Shown piece after piece: positions 46,070 through 56,963 of a stretch of 64,000 nt of DNA. The stretch covers positions 736,001 to 800,000 of the forward strand of contig OY970303.1 of the NCBI GenBank assembly GCA_963716255.1. Direction: 5' to 3'. Source of the stretch: an uncultured Gemmatimonadales bacterium. GTDB lineage: Bacteria; Gemmatimonadota; Gemmatimonadetes; Longimicrobiales; Longimicrobiaceae. The notes beneath the pieces are model-generated. The model searched no databases. It was not told the origin of the DNA and saw nothing but the letters and a program-made list of their open reading frames with translations. Made by a program: the position numbers and the translations under genes. How positions within the stretch are numbered: position 1 is the first letter of the stretch; each line of letters begins with the position of its first letter.

Positions 46070-48706
46070 TCACACCCCCGCCGGCGCCTCCGCGGAAACC
46101 CCCGCCGCCCGGAACGACAGCTGGTGCGAGCCGTCCTCCCGGTCCACCACCACGGTGTCGCCCTCCTCGAACTCGCCCTCCAGCACGCGGATGGCGAGCG
46201 GGTTCTGGAGCAGCCGCTGGATGGAGCGCTTCAGCGGGCGCGCCCCGTAGGCCGGGTCGTAGCCCTCGTCCGCGATCAGCTCCTTTGCCGCGTCGGTGAT
46301 CCGCAGGGCCAGCTTGCGGTCGGCGAGGAGCCGCTCCAGCTGACGCAGCTGGATCTCCACGATGTGCTTGAGGTCGTCCACCCCCAGCGGGCGGAAGACG
46401 ATGATGTCGTCCACGCGGTTCAGGAACTCGGGGCGGAAGGCCCGCCGCAGCTCGGCGAGCACGGAGGCCTCCACCCCCACGCGCGTGGCCGGGTCGCGGA
46501 GCGCCGCCGACTGCTCCAGGATCAGGTGGCTCCCGAGGTTGGAGGTCATGATGACGACCGTGTTCTTGAAGCTCACCACGCGTCCCTGCGAGTCGGTGAG
46601 CCGCCCGTCGTCCAGGATCTGCAGGAGGACGTTGAACACGTCCGGGTGCGCCTTCTCGATCTCGTCGAAGAGCACCACCGAGTACGGCCGGCGCCGCACC
46701 GCCTCGGTGAGCTGGCCGCCCTCCTCGTAGCCCACGTACCCCGGCGGGGCGCCGATCAGCCGCGCCACGGCGTGCTTCTCCATGTACTCGGACATGTCGA
46801 TGCGGACCATGGCCTCCTGGTTGTCGAACAGGAACTCGGCCAGGGCGCGCGCGGTCTCCGTCTTCCCCACGCCGGTGGGCCCCAGGAAGATGAAGCTGCC
46901 GATGGGGCGGTTGGGGTCCTGCATTCCCGCCCGCGAGCGCCGCACGGCGTCGGCCACGGCGCGCGTGGCTTCCGGCTGACCGATCACCCGCTGGTTGAGG
47001 TGCTCGTCGAGGTGCGCCAGCCGCTCGCGCTCGCTCTGGAGCATGCGGGTGATGGGGATCCCGGTCCAGCGGGCCACCACCTCGGCGATGTCGTCGGCGT
47101 CGACCTCTTCCCGGAGGAAGCGGGACTTCTGCTGCACCTCCAGCAGGCGCGCCTCGGCGTCCTGCACGTCCTTCTGGAGCGCGGGGAGCTCGCCGTACTG
47201 CACCTCGGCGGCGCGCGTCAGGTCGCCCACGCGGGTGGCGCGGTCCACCTCCACGCGCAGCTCTTCCAGGCGCTCCTTCATCTCGCGCAGGTCGGCGATC
47301 ACCTGCTTCTCGCCCTGCCACTGCGCCTTCATCCCCGACGACTTCTCGCGCAGCTCGGCGAGCTCCTGCTCCAGCCGCCCGGAGCGCTCGCGCGACTCGG
47401 GGTCGGTCTCGCGGGCGAGCGCCTGCCGCTCGATCTCCAGCTGCACGATGCGGCGCTCCACCTCGTCGATCTCCTGCGGCAGCGAGTCGATCTCGATGCG
47501 CAGCTTGGACGCGGCCTCGTCGATCAGGTCGATGGCCTTGTCCGGCAGGAACCGGTCGCCGATGTAGCGGTTGGAGAGCGTCGCCGCGGCCACGATGGCG
47601 GGGTCGGTGATGCGCACGCCGTGGTGCACCTCGTAGCGCTCCTTGAGCCCGCGCAGGATGGCGATGGTGTCCTCCACGCCGGGCTCGCCCACGAACACCG
47701 GCTGGAAGCGCCGCTCCAGCGCGGCGTCCTTTTCGATGTACTGGCGGTACTCGTCCAGGGTGGTGGCGCCCACCATGCGCAGCTCGCCGCGGGCGAGCGC
47801 GGGCTTGAGCATGTTGCCGGCGTCGGGCGAGCCCTCGGTCTTCCCCGCCCCCACGATGGTGTGCAGCTCGTCGATGAAGACGATGAACTTGCCGTCGGCC
47901 TCGGTGATCTCCTTGAGCACGGCCTTGAGGCGCTCCTCGAACTCGCCGCGGTACTTGGCGCCCGCGAGCATGGAGCCCATGTCCAGCGAGATCAGTGTCT
48001 TGTCGCGAAGCCCCTCGGGGACGTCGCCGTTGACGATGCGCTGCGCCAGCCCTTCCACGATGGCCGTCTTCCCCACGCCGGGCTCGCCGATGAGGACGGG
48101 GTTGTTCTTGGTGCGGCGCGAGAGCACCTGCACCACCCGGCGGATCTCCTCGTCGCGGCCGATCACGGGGTCCAGCTTGCCGCGGCGGGCGCGCTCGGTG
48201 AGGTCCACCGAGAAGCGCTGGAGCGACTGGTACTTTTCCTCGGGGTTCTGGTCGGTGACGCGGTGCGCGCCGCGGACCTGCTGCAGCGCCTGGACGACGG
48301 CCTCGCGCCCGGCCCCCTGAGCCGACAGCAGCTCGCGCGTGGTGGAGCCCTTCTTTTCGGCGAGGGCCAGGAGCACGTGCTCGGTGGACACGTACTCGTC
48401 CTTGAGGTCGCGCGCCTCCTTTTCCGCCCGGTCCAGGATCTCGTTCAGCTCGCGGGAGATGGTGGGCTGCGCGCCGCCGGACTGCCTGGGCAGGCGGCCG
48501 AGCGCCGTTTCCAGCTCGCTCCCCAGCCGGGCGACGTTGACGCCCACCTTCTGGAGGATGGGGACGACGATCCCCTCCTCCTGCGCCAGCAGCGCGGCGA
48601 GCAGGTGGACGTCCTCGATGGCCGGGTTTCCGTTCTTGCGCGCGGCGTTGGCGGCTTCCTGGATGGCTTCTGCCGTTTTGACCGTAAGTCGATCGAAGTT
48701 GATCAT
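46070..48706 (-). CDS. clpB: ATP-dependent chaperone ClpB
   Basis: Two AAA modules ([16 protein letters not shown]), long coiled-coil M domain, [11 protein letters not shown] and GARPL. Confidence 0.97.
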   Translation of the reverse strand: MINFDRLTVKTAEAIQEAANAARKNGNPAIEDVHLLAALLAQEEGIVVPILQKVGVNVARLGSELETALGRLPRQSGGAQPTISRELNEILDRAEKEARDLKDEYVSTEHVLLALAEKKGSTTRELLSAQGAGREAVVQALQQVRGAHRVTDQNPEEKYQSLQRFSVDLTERARRGKLDPVIGRDEEIRRVVQVLSRRTKNNPVLIGEPGVGKTAIVEGLAQRIVNGDVPEGLRDKTLISLDMGSMLAGAKYRGEFEERLKAVLKEITEADGKFIVFIDELHTIVGAGKTEGSPDAGNMLKPALARGELRMVGATTLDEYRQYIEKDAALERRFQPVFVGEPGVEDTIAILRGLKERYEVHHGVRITDPAIVAAATLSNRYIGDRFLPDKAIDLIDEAASKLRIEIDSLPQEIDEVERRIVQLEIERQALARETDPESRERSGRLEQELAELREKSSGMKAQWQGEKQVIADLREMKERLEELRVEVDRATRVGDLTRAAEVQYGELPALQKDVQDAEARLLEVQQKSRFLREEVDADDIAEVVARWTGIPITRMLQSERERLAHLDEHLNQRVIGQPEATRAVADAVRRSRAGMQDPNRPIGSFIFLGPTGVGKTETARALAEFLFDNQEAMVRIDMSEYMEKHAVARLIGAPPGYVGYEEGGQLTEAVRRRPYSVVLFDEIEKAHPDVFNVLLQILDDGRLTDSQGRVVSFKNTVVIMTSNLGSHLILEQSAALRDPATRVGVEASVLAELRRAFRPEFLNRVDDIIVFRPLGVDDLKHIVEIQLRQLERLLADRKLALRITDAAKELIADEGYDPAYGARPLKRSIQRLLQNPLAIRVLEGEFEEGDTVVVDREDGSHQLSFRAAGVSAEAPAGV

Positions 48707-49064
48707 CCGTGCTCCTTTAACCGGTTGGGGCGGCCTGACCGGGGAATCCCGCATCTGCGAGGATTTTGTCTACGCCTGCTGCCGGGGCCGCCTCTCGTCT
48801 GGTGTCGCTGCCGGGGAACCAAGGAAGATCCGTGCCCGCGAATGCCTGCCAAAATGTCTAAATTCCGTCGTGGATTGAGCATGCGTGACCGGGGCCGGTA
48901 CGGGCTGCGCCCGGGGCAGGAAGCAGACCGACGCTGCTCGGCGCAAAATTTGCGGCGTAAAATACGCGCGATTTGTGATTGATGTCATCGGCCCGCCCCG
49001 TCCGTAGCCAAGCTCGACAGCCGGCTGCGGAAGCCCGCACCCCACGTTTCTCCCGGGAGGAACC

Positions 49065-49286
49065 ATGAAGCGCATCCACACCATCGTGTTCGGCGCGGGC
49101 ATCTTCGCGGCGCTGGGCTTCGGCTCGGCGTCGGCCTTCGCGAAGCCCACGACGGAGCGGACCTGGACGTACTGCCCGTACCAGCCGGTGAACGAAGCGG
49201 GGTGCGTGACCTGCTGCGAGAACTTCGAAATGTATGATTACCAGTACGACTGGTTCACCCACACGTGCCGCTGCTGGTCCGAGTAG
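49065..49286 (+). CDS. Small secreted cysteine-rich peptide
   Basis: GGAGG RBS; signal peptide ending ASAFA; six Cys in a ~46-aa mature region; own terminator. Confidence 0.82.
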   Translation: MKRIHTIVFGAGIFAALGFGSASAFAKPTTERTWTYCPYQPVNEAGCVTCCENFEMYDYQYDWFTHTCRCWSE

Positions 49287-49307
49287 CTCACCCGGCCTCC
49301 GGGAGAA

Positions 49308-49352
49308 GGACGGCGCCCCCGTCGCGACGGTCGCGGCGGGGGCGCCTTTTTA
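49308..49352. terminator. Rho-independent terminator
   Basis: GGCGCCCCCGTCGCGAC-GGTCGCGGCGGGGGCGCC followed by TTTTT. Confidence 0.8.
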
Positions 49353-49372
49353 CACCTGGAGCGGCCACGCCG

Positions 49373-51904
49373 TCAGGGCACCGAGTCGTACAGCAGCGCG
49401 TTGACGAACAGGGGCTGGCTGGCGCGCCAGAAGAGGCGGAAGAGCGGGTCGTCGGCGAAGAGCACCACGTTGCCCTCGCCCACGGACTTGGTGACCAGCC
49501 AGGAGCCCTCCTGGAGCCGCTTGAGGTTGGCGGGGGAGATCACGCCGGAGATGCGCGCCAGGTCGCCGGGGAAGTACGCCACGCTCTCCACGCCCTCGGC
49601 GGGCTCGAAGACCAGGCCGCCCTCGTGCAGGGCGAAGGCCCGGTCGGGGCGGCCGTCGACCCCGGCGCCCCAGGCCAGCGGGTGGGCGGGGTCCAGGCGC
49701 AGCGGCAGGATGGTGCCCGGCACCTGCTTGCGCCAGTCCTCGCGCTCGCGCTCCTCGCGCCCGGCGAGCGCCCGAGCGCCCGCGGCGGAGTCGGAGGGCT
49801 CGGAGCGGGTCTTGACCTCGGCGATGGAGGCGAGGGCCTGCGCGGCGCCGGCCACGGCCACCAGTCGCCCGCCGCGCTCCACCCAGGCCTTGAGCGCGTC
49901 CTGCACCGGCTTGCCCGTGGCGGCGCCGAAGGCGTCCGGGACGACGACCACGTCGTACTGGGACAGGTCGATGCGCGCGAGGTCGCCGGCCAGCACCGCG
50001 TCGAACGGCATCCCCAGGTCCCGCTCCAGGAAGTACCAGAACGCGCCGTAGGAGGTGGCGCTCACCCCCTCGCCGCCCACCAGGGCGACGCGCGGCATCT
50101 TCACCGCGACTACGTTCTCGCTCCCCAGGTCGATGCCGCCCTGGCTGAGCCCGCTCGCCACGGGGACCACCGTGCCGCCCAGCCCGGCCGCCGCGACGCG
50201 CGCCGCCAGCGAGTCGTTGCCGCCCGCGGGGAGGAACCACGTCCCCGCCGCGAAGCGCTGCCCGCCGAAGGTGGAGGGCTTGTTGAGGACGCGCGCCCGG
50301 CCGCCCCCGGCGAGGAAGCGGACCAGCCGCGGCGCGTTGCCGGCGCCCGCGGGGACCAGGTAGCCGTAGCCGGGCGCGGGGGCCGCGGCACGCGCGGCCT
50401 CCCCGGCCGGGGCGGGCACGGGGGTCCAGCCGGCCGCGGGGGCGGATCCCACGCGGTACGCGGCCACGCCGTAGGCGTACGGGAGCGACCAGGCGCTCAC
50501 GTCGTACGAGTACTCGGCCTTGAGCTCGGTCTCGGGCTGGAGCAGGGTGATGGCGAGCCGGCCGCGGGGCTGGCGGGCGCGCACCCGGTACGTCCCCGCG
50601 GGGAAGCGGCTGCGCTCCTCGAAGCCGGGGTGGACCCGGGCCCCGGCGCCGAACGCCTCGCCGGCGCGCTCCACCTCGATCCCCTGCTGCCGCAGGTGCG
50701 CGACCAGCGCCTCCACGCGGCTGGGATCGGAGCCGGGGACCAGCAGGAAGTCCGAGGCGCCGTCGGCGACGGTGCGCGCGCCGGCGGCGTAGTCCAGCAG
50801 CAGCCGGGTCTTGCCCGCGGCGGCGGTGCGCAGCGTGGCGTTGCCGGCCGTGCGGTGGTGCTCGGCGCGATCGCGGAGCGTGAGGGTGTCGCCGTCGTCC
50901 CGGCGGATGGCGAGTCCCGCGGCGCCGTGCCCGGCCTGCTCGTACGTCATCCCGATGGCCCCGGTGAGCGAGGGCCACGAGTCGCCGTAGCCGGGGTAGA
51001 ACAGGTCGAACGCCTCCGCCGTGTAGTACTCCCACCCGCGCGCGTCGAAGGCGCGGGCGTTCCCCTCGCCGAAGCGCTTCCCCCACTGGAGGACGTAGTC
51101 CGGGTAGATGGGGTTGATGGGCGCGCTCGCCGGGAAGAAGAAGTACGACGAGTTGTAGAACATCTCGTGGAAGTCCACGTGCACCTGGGGGTTCCACCGG
51201 GTCCAGGTGGCCAGGCGCGCGCGGGTTTCCGGCTGGGTGGCCCAGCTCCAGTCGCGGTTCAGGTCGAACAGGTAGTGGTTGAAGCGCCCACCCGGCCAGG
51301 GCTCGCGGTGCTCGCGCGCCTGCGGGTCGGGGTCGGCGGTCTGCCCCACCACGGAGTTGAACCACTGCACGTAGCGGTCGCGCCCGTCCGGGTTGGTCAC
51401 GGGGTCGATGACGACCACCAGCGAGTCCAGCGCGCCGGCCACCTCGGGCGCGCCGCGGGCCAGGTCCCAGGCGGTCCACATGGCGGCCTCGCTGGACGAG
51501 CTCTCGTTGCCGTGCACGCCATACGAGAAGTACACCACCGCGGGATTCCCCGCGGCCACCTGCCGGGCGCGCTCGGCGGAGGTTTCCGGGCGGGTCAGCT
51601 CGGCGTTGGCGGCCAGGACGGCGTCCAGCCGGCGCAGGTTCTCCGCGGAGCCGATGACCAGCTGGAAGAGCTCGCGCCGCTCGGGGGTGGTGCCGTAGGG
51701 GCGGTACTCCACCAGCGGCGAGGCGTCGGCGAGGGCGCGGGCGTAGTCGCGGACCCCGGCGTACGGGGTGAAGTGCTCGCCCATGGCGTAGCCGTGGAAC
51801 TGCTCGGGCGAGGGCGGCGCCTGCTGGGCGTACGCCGTGCCGATGGGGAGCGCGAGGAGCGCCAGGGCCGGCAGCGTACGCCGCCGCGGTGTGCGCAGGT
51901 GCAT
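49373..51904 (-). CDS. Secreted M14 zinc carboxypeptidase with C-terminal GATase-like domain
   Basis: Signal peptide; HGNE, NPDGR, DLNRDW and DFHEM. Confidence 0.92.
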   Translation of the reverse strand: MHLRTPRRRTLPALALLALPIGTAYAQQAPPSPEQFHGYAMGEHFTPYAGVRDYARALADASPLVEYRPYGTTPERRELFQLVIGSAENLRRLDAVLAANAELTRPETSAERARQVAAGNPAVVYFSYGVHGNESSSSEAAMWTAWDLARGAPEVAGALDSLVVVIDPVTNPDGRDRYVQWFNSVVGQTADPDPQAREHREPWPGGRFNHYLFDLNRDWSWATQPETRARLATWTRWNPQVHVDFHEMFYNSSYFFFPASAPINPIYPDYVLQWGKRFGEGNARAFDARGWEYYTAEAFDLFYPGYGDSWPSLTGAIGMTYEQAGHGAAGLAIRRDDGDTLTLRDRAEHHRTAGNATLRTAAAGKTRLLLDYAAGARTVADGASDFLLVPGSDPSRVEALVAHLRQQGIEVERAGEAFGAGARVHPGFEERSRFPAGTYRVRARQPRGRLAITLLQPETELKAEYSYDVSAWSLPYAYGVAAYRVGSAPAAGWTPVPAPAGEAARAAAPAPGYGYLVPAGAGNAPRLVRFLAGGGRARVLNKPSTFGGQRFAAGTWFLPAGGNDSLAARVAAAGLGGTVVPVASGLSQGGIDLGSENVVAVKMPRVALVGGEGVSATSYGAFWYFLERDLGMPFDAVLAGDLARIDLSQYDVVVVPDAFGAATGKPVQDALKAWVERGGRLVAVAGAAQALASIAEVKTRSEPSDSAAGARALAGREEREREDWRKQVPGTILPLRLDPAHPLAWGAGVDGRPDRAFALHEGGLVFEPAEGVESVAYFPGDLARISGVISPANLKRLQEGSWLVTKSVGEGNVVLFADDPLFRLFWRASQPLFVNALLYDSVP

Positions 51905-52002
51905 GCGGACCGTTCGTTTTGTGGGGGACCGGGTCGGACGGGCGGCCGTTCGAAAACCGCGGCAACCTAACGCGAGCGCTTCGGCCCACGCAACCATGCG
52001 GC

Positions 52003-52031
52003 TTGACACCGCACGGGCGCCGCGGTAGCCT
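52003..52031 (+). promoter_or_regulatory. Sigma70-like promoter
   Basis: TTGACA-N17-TAGCCT upstream of 52076. Confidence 0.55.
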
Positions 52032-52075
52032 CCGGGCCGCCGCGTCGTCCACCCTCTTTCCCGCGCCGTCCACCG

Positions 52076-52579
52076 TTGAAGCACGCCCTGCTCCCCCTCC
52101 TCGTCGCCCTCGCGCTGCCGGCCGCCCTGGGCGGCTGCCGCGACGAGTACGCGGGCACCCTGTCGCGCGAGCGCTTCGTGGCGGTGAACGTGGCGCTGCG
52201 CCGGCTGGACGCCGCGGGCCGGGACTCGCTGCGCACCGCCGCCGACTCGGCGCGCGCGCGCGCCGCCGTGCTGAAGAAGCAGGGGGTCACGGAAAAGGAG
52301 CTGCGGGCGTTCGTGGACGCCAGGCGCGACGACACGGAGGAGCTGTCGGAGACCTGGCGCGAGATCGCGTCGCGCCTGGCGCGCGCCGACTCCGTCGTCC
52401 GCGCGGACTCGGTGCGCAGGGACTCCCTGTCGCGCGCGAAGAAGGACACCGCCGCCGGCCGCCGGGACACGGCGCGCACCACGCCCCCCGCTCCGCGGGG
52501 CGGCCCGGCCCCGCCGCCGGGAACCCGGAGCAGGGAGCGCCCCCGCCCCACTCCGCCCCCGCCGACGCCGCGGAGCTGA
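52076..52579 (+). CDS. Hypothetical lipoprotein
   Basis: Lipobox LGGC; helical domain then a Pro-rich tail. Confidence 0.7.
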   Translation: MKHALLPLLVALALPAALGGCRDEYAGTLSRERFVAVNVALRRLDAAGRDSLRTAADSARARAAVLKKQGVTEKELRAFVDARRDDTEELSETWREIASRLARADSVVRADSVRRDSLSRAKKDTAAGRRDTARTTPPAPRGGPAPPPGTRSRERPRPTPPPPTPRS

Positions 52580-52648
52580 GCGCGCAGAACCCCTTTCCCG
52601 GACGCGGGAAAGGGGTTCCGCCGTTTCCGGAGCCGCCGCGGGGAACCC

Positions 52649-52802
52649 GCGGACCCCAGCGAGACCCCCGCGTGAGGGATTTCGGCCCGAAGGGGCGAGA
52701 CCCGGCGGGGCCGTTTCCGCCGGGGCTCGACTCCGTTAGCGAGCGTTGTTTGCTCGCTTACGGAGCCGAAGCCCGACCCCGGCGCCAGCCGGGGGCACGC
52801 CC
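52649..52802 (-). repeat. Family-1 structured element, copy F
   Basis: Reverse complement of the consensus; overlaps the 3' end of the 52758-53969 CDS. Confidence 0.95.
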
Positions 52803-53969
52803 GAACCCGTCTCCCCCCGCACTTTCCACACGCAGCCGCACGGCAACCGCAAGCGGCGCCAGCAGAAGCGGAAGGTACGTGGCCCAGCAGAGCGGCGCGA
52901 AGAGCACGGCGGCGGCCGCCACGATCCCGCAGCGCAGCGCCGTGTCCCGCGTCCGCCGGGTCAGCCAGGCGGCCGCCAGCGGCGCTGCGATGCCGGCGGC
53001 CGTGAGGTAGAGCCGGGCCCACGCCGGGAGCGGCCCCGGCCGGTACTCCCACCCCAGCTCCCGGACGATGCGCAGCACCGCGAACGAGATGGACACGTTG
53101 GTGCCGCCGTACTTGGGGTCGTACGCCCAGGTCCCCTGCCCCACCACGGGAAGCATGTAGCGCGCCCAGTCCAGCAGCGAGCGCACGAACACGCCCGGGC
53201 CCAGCACGGCCATGCAGAGCACGCTGCCGATCACGAGCGCGAGGGCCGCCCCCCGGACCACCCTCCACCCCTCGCGCTGGGCGGCCGCCAGCAGCGGCCA
53301 GGCGCAGTACAGCTTGACCATGGCGGACGCCGCGAAGCAGAAGCCCCGCGCCGCCGGCCAGGCGAGCGCCGCGCCGAAGAGCGCCCACAGCACCGGCTCC
53401 ACGTTGGCGACCATGACGGCGAGCTGCGCCCCCGGCACCGCGGCCACCACCGCCGCGGCGACGACCGCCCCGGCCGGGGTGACGCGGCCGGTGGCGAGCT
53501 TCGCCAGCGAGGCGGCGTACACCGCGAACGCCGCGTACAGCACCACGTACCATGCCCGCGCGAAGGTGAGCAGAGGCAGGTGGGCGAAGGGCACCAGCAC
53601 GCCCATCAGGAAGGGCGGATACGGGTAGCGGGCGTGCGGGTACGTGTGGCCGGGCGTGCCGATGTGGGGTCCGTAGTCCGGCCATGGCCAGTACAGCGCC
53701 TGACCCCGCAGGGCACGGCCGGCGATGACGTAGTAGCGCACCATGTCGTCGCGCCGCGCGGCCCGGGTCCACAGCGCGGGGACCAGCTCCCACCCCAGGT
53801 ACGCCAGGTACAGCACGCTCGCGGCGGCCAGCGCGGCCAGGGCGGCGCGCTCCCGGCCGGAGCGGCGCCGCCCGGGCTCGCCGCGGGCGTGGACGGCGCC
53901 CGCCACCCCCAGCGCGACCGCGGCGATGCCCAGCAGGTAGCGCGCCCACTCGGGCATGGACTCATGCAT
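52758..53969 (-). CDS. GT87/DUF2029-like polyprenol-dependent glycosyltransferase membrane protein
   Basis: DD..YY, LY, YPYPP and VKLY motifs plus many TM segments. Confidence 0.72.
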   Translation of the reverse strand: MHESMPEWARYLLGIAAVALGVAGAVHARGEPGRRRSGRERAALAALAAASVLYLAYLGWELVPALWTRAARRDDMVRYYVIAGRALRGQALYWPWPDYGPHIGTPGHTYPHARYPYPPFLMGVLVPFAHLPLLTFARAWYVVLYAAFAVYAASLAKLATGRVTPAGAVVAAAVVAAVPGAQLAVMVANVEPVLWALFGAALAWPAARGFCFAASAMVKLYCAWPLLAAAQREGWRVVRGAALALVIGSVLCMAVLGPGVFVRSLLDWARYMLPVVGQGTWAYDPKYGGTNVSISFAVLRIVRELGWEYRPGPLPAWARLYLTAAGIAAPLAAAWLTRRTRDTALRCGIVAAAAVLFAPLCWATYLPLLLAPLAVAVRLRVESAGGDGFGRAPGWRRGRASAP

Positions 53970-54209
53970 GGCGGGTGCTCATCCCCGGAGGGGTCTCCCG
54001 GCGTGGTCGTGGGGCGCCGGCCCGCCGGCGGACACGGGCGGGAACGGGCGGCGGAAAGGGCGCAAAGTATCGGAGGCGGAGCGGGCCGCCAAGGGGCGCC
54101 GGGCCGCCCGGGAACCTCCGGGGCGCGCCCTGGTACCGGTTGTCCGGCGCGGCCCCTCGCGCGGCCGAGGCCGCGCGCCGCAGCTCCCACCCGGACCCCG
54201 ATCCTGCCC

Positions 54210-56414
54210 ATGCGTCACACCCTGACCCCCCGCACGGTCGTACTGGCGCTGGCGACGGCCGCCGCCGGCTGCGCCCCCGCGAGCGCCGTGAGCCCGGAGA
54301 CCGCGCCCGCCCCGGCCCCGCAGGCCGCCGCGTCCGCCCCGGCCGCGGCGACCAACCCGCTCCTCGCCGGGTGGACCGGCCCCTACGGCGGCGTGCCGCC
54401 CTTCGACCGCGTGCGCGTGGCGGACTTCGTCCCCGCGCTGGAAGCGGCCATGGCGGAGAACCTGGCCGAGGTCGAGCGCATCGCCGCCGACCCCGCAGCG
54501 CCGACCTTCGAGAACACGGTGCTGGCGTTCGAGCGCGCCGGGAGGACGATGCAGCGGGTGATCACCTTCTACGGCGTGTGGAGCTCCAGCATGAGCACGC
54601 CGGAGTTCCAGGCCGTGCAGCGCGAGATGGCGCCCCGGCTGGCCGCCTTCAACGACCGCATCACGCAGAACGAGGCGCTCTTCCGCCGCCTGGAGGCGGT
54701 CGACGCCTCGCCGGAGAAGGCGCGGCTCAACCCGGAGCAGCAGCGGCTTCTCTGGGTGCACCACAACAACTTCGTGCGCGCCGGCGCGCGGCTGGACGCG
54801 GCGAAGAAGGCGCGCCTGTCGCAGGTCAACCAGCAGCTCGCCGGGCTCTTCACGGCCTTCAACCAGGACGTGCTGGCCGACGAGAGCGACCAGTTCCTGG
54901 TGATCCGCAGCGAGGCCGAGCTGGCCGGCGTGCCGCAGTCGGTGCGCGACGCCGCCTCCGCCGCCGCGGCCGCCCGCAAGCTGCCCGGCGCCTGGGTGAT
55001 CGACAACACGCGCTCGGCGGTGGATCCGTTCCTCACCTACGCCGACCGGCGCGACCTGCGCGAGAAGGTGTGGCGCACCTTCGTGAACCGCGGCGACATG
55101 GGCGGCGAAACGGACACCAACGCCACCATCGCGCAGATCCTCAAGCTCCGCGCCGAGCGGGCGCAGCTCCTGGGCTACCCCACGCACGCCCACTGGCGGC
55201 TGGACAACGCCATGGCGAAGACCCCCGAGCGCGCCATGGAGCTGATGGAGGCGGTGTGGACGCCCGCCGTGGCCCGGGTGCGCCAGGAGGTCGCCGACAT
55301 GCAGCAGGTGGCCCGCGCGGAGGGCGGCAGCGTCACCATCGAGCCGTGGGACTACCGCTACTACATGGAGAAGGTGCGCAAGCAGCGGTACGACCTGGAC
55401 CAGAACGAGGTCAAGCAGTACCTCCAGCTGGAGCGGCTGCGCGAGGGAATGTTCTGGGTGGCGGGCGAGCTGTTCGGCTTCCAGTTCACGCCCATCACCA
55501 GCGTCCCCGTCTTCCACCCCGACGTGCGGGTGTGGGAGGTCACGGACCGCGCCACCGGCCGCCACGTGGGCGTGTGGTACTTCGACCCGTACGCCCGTCC
55601 CGGCAAGCGCTCCGGCGCCTGGATGAACGCGTACCGGTCCCAGCAGCGCATGAACGGCGAGATCACCACCATCGTCTCCAACAACGCCAACTTCGTGAAG
55701 GGAAGGCCGGGCGAGCCGGTGCTCATCTCCTGGGACGACGCGGAAACTCTCTTCCACGAGTTCGGGCACGCCCTGCACGGCCTGTCCTCCAGCGTCACGT
55801 ATCCCACGCTCTCGGGGACGGCGGTGGCGCGCGACTACGTGGAGTTCCCCTCGCAGCTCCTGGAGCACTGGCTGGGCACGCCCGAGGTGCTGCAGCGCTT
55901 CGCCGTGCACCACCAGACGGGCCAGCCCATCCCGGCGGCGCTGGTGGACCGGATCAAGCGGGCCTCCACCTTCAACCAGGGCTTCGCCACCGTGGAGTAC
56001 CTGGGCAGCGCGCTGGTGGACATGAAGCTCCACCTGGCAGGGACCCGCGACATCGACCCGGACGCCTTCGAGCGGGAAACGCTGGCGCAGCTGGGGATGC
56101 CGCGCGAGATCGTGATGCGGCACCGCACGCCGCAGTTCACGCACGTGTTCGGCAGCGACAGCTACTCGGCGGGCTACTACAGCTACCTGTGGTCCGACGT
56201 GCTGACGGCGGACGCGGCGGAAGCCTTCAAGGAGGGCAAGGGGCTGTACGATCCGGCCGTGGCCGAGCGGCTGCGCCGCTACATCTTCGCCGTGGGGAAC
56301 ACCGTCGACCAGGCGGAGGCGTACCGCGCCTTCCGCGGGCGCGACGCGCGCATCGACGCGCTGATGCGCGACCGGGGCTTCCCGGTCCCCGGCCCGGCGA
56401 CGAGCCGTCCGTAG
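54210..56414 (+). CDS. dcp: M3-family metallopeptidase (peptidyl-dipeptidase Dcp-like), lipoprotein
   Basis: NPLL, KRSGAWM, FHEFGHALH, DYVEFPSQ and YSAGYYSY; lipobox AAGC. Confidence 0.9.
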   Translation: MRHTLTPRTVVLALATAAAGCAPASAVSPETAPAPAPQAAASAPAAATNPLLAGWTGPYGGVPPFDRVRVADFVPALEAAMAENLAEVERIAADPAAPTFENTVLAFERAGRTMQRVITFYGVWSSSMSTPEFQAVQREMAPRLAAFNDRITQNEALFRRLEAVDASPEKARLNPEQQRLLWVHHNNFVRAGARLDAAKKARLSQVNQQLAGLFTAFNQDVLADESDQFLVIRSEAELAGVPQSVRDAASAAAAARKLPGAWVIDNTRSAVDPFLTYADRRDLREKVWRTFVNRGDMGGETDTNATIAQILKLRAERAQLLGYPTHAHWRLDNAMAKTPERAMELMEAVWTPAVARVRQEVADMQQVARAEGGSVTIEPWDYRYYMEKVRKQRYDLDQNEVKQYLQLERLREGMFWVAGELFGFQFTPITSVPVFHPDVRVWEVTDRATGRHVGVWYFDPYARPGKRSGAWMNAYRSQQRMNGEITTIVSNNANFVKGRPGEPVLISWDDAETLFHEFGHALHGLSSSVTYPTLSGTAVARDYVEFPSQLLEHWLGTPEVLQRFAVHHQTGQPIPAALVDRIKRASTFNQGFATVEYLGSALVDMKLHLAGTRDIDPDAFERETLAQLGMPREIVMRHRTPQFTHVFGSDSYSAGYYSYLWSDVLTADAAEAFKEGKGLYDPAVAERLRRYIFAVGNTVDQAEAYRAFRGRDARIDALMRDRGFPVPGPATSRP

Positions 56415-56448
56415 GCGGGACCGCCGCGCCGCCCGGCAGCGTGACAGG

Positions 56449-56484
56449 AGCCCCCGGCGGTCCGCACCGCCGGGGGCTTTTTTC
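56449..56484 (+). terminator. Rho-independent terminator
   Basis: AGCCCCCGGCGGT-CCGC-ACCGCCGGGGGCT followed by a T run. Confidence 0.85.
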
Positions 56485-56582
56485 GCGTCCGGGCGAGACG
56501 CCTTGCGAAAGCAAGATACGCAACGTATTTTGTTGCACGAAGAGGCTTGCCGGGAAGGTTTTCCGCGGATCCAGGAGAAACC

Positions 56583-56963
56583 ATGACGCGATCGGGCTCG
56601 GCGAAAAAGGTCAGGGAGCTGAACACCGACCAGAGCTTCTACGCGCTCCGCCTGGAGTCGGCGCGGCGCGCATTCCCCTCCGACGCGCAGGTGGCCGAAG
56701 CGCTGGGGGTGGACCGGGCGCAGGTGAAGCGCTGGTACGAGGGCACCACCGTCCCCGGACCGGAGAACGTGGACCGGATCGTGGGGCTGGACGCCGTCGT
56801 CGAGCTGCTTTCCGGGTACCTGGAGCCGTCGTCCGTCCCCAAGTGGCTGGGCGGGTTCAACGCCCACCTGGGAGACCGTCGCCCCATCGACGTGCTCCGG
56901 CAGGGCAGCCTTTCCGAGGTGATCGCCGCCATCGAGGCGCTGAAGAGCGGCTCCTACGCGTGA
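56583..56963 (+). CDS. Xre/MbcA/ParS-type antitoxin
   Basis: HTH (QVAEALGVDRAQVKRW) and C-terminal WL...NAHLGDRRPIDVL. Confidence 0.88.
   Translation: MTRSGSAKKVRELNTDQSFYALRLESARRAFPSDAQVAEALGVDRAQVKRWYEGTTVPGPENVDRIVGLDAVVELLSGYLEPSSVPKWLGGFNAHLGDRRPIDVLRQGSLSEVIAAIEALKSGSYA

Noticed and set aside
52746..56414. 1222-aa ORF as a giant peptidase fusion
   Set aside because: The first ~490 codons are antisense to the GT87-like gene; the real M3 peptidase begins at ATG 54210 with a lipoprotein signal.
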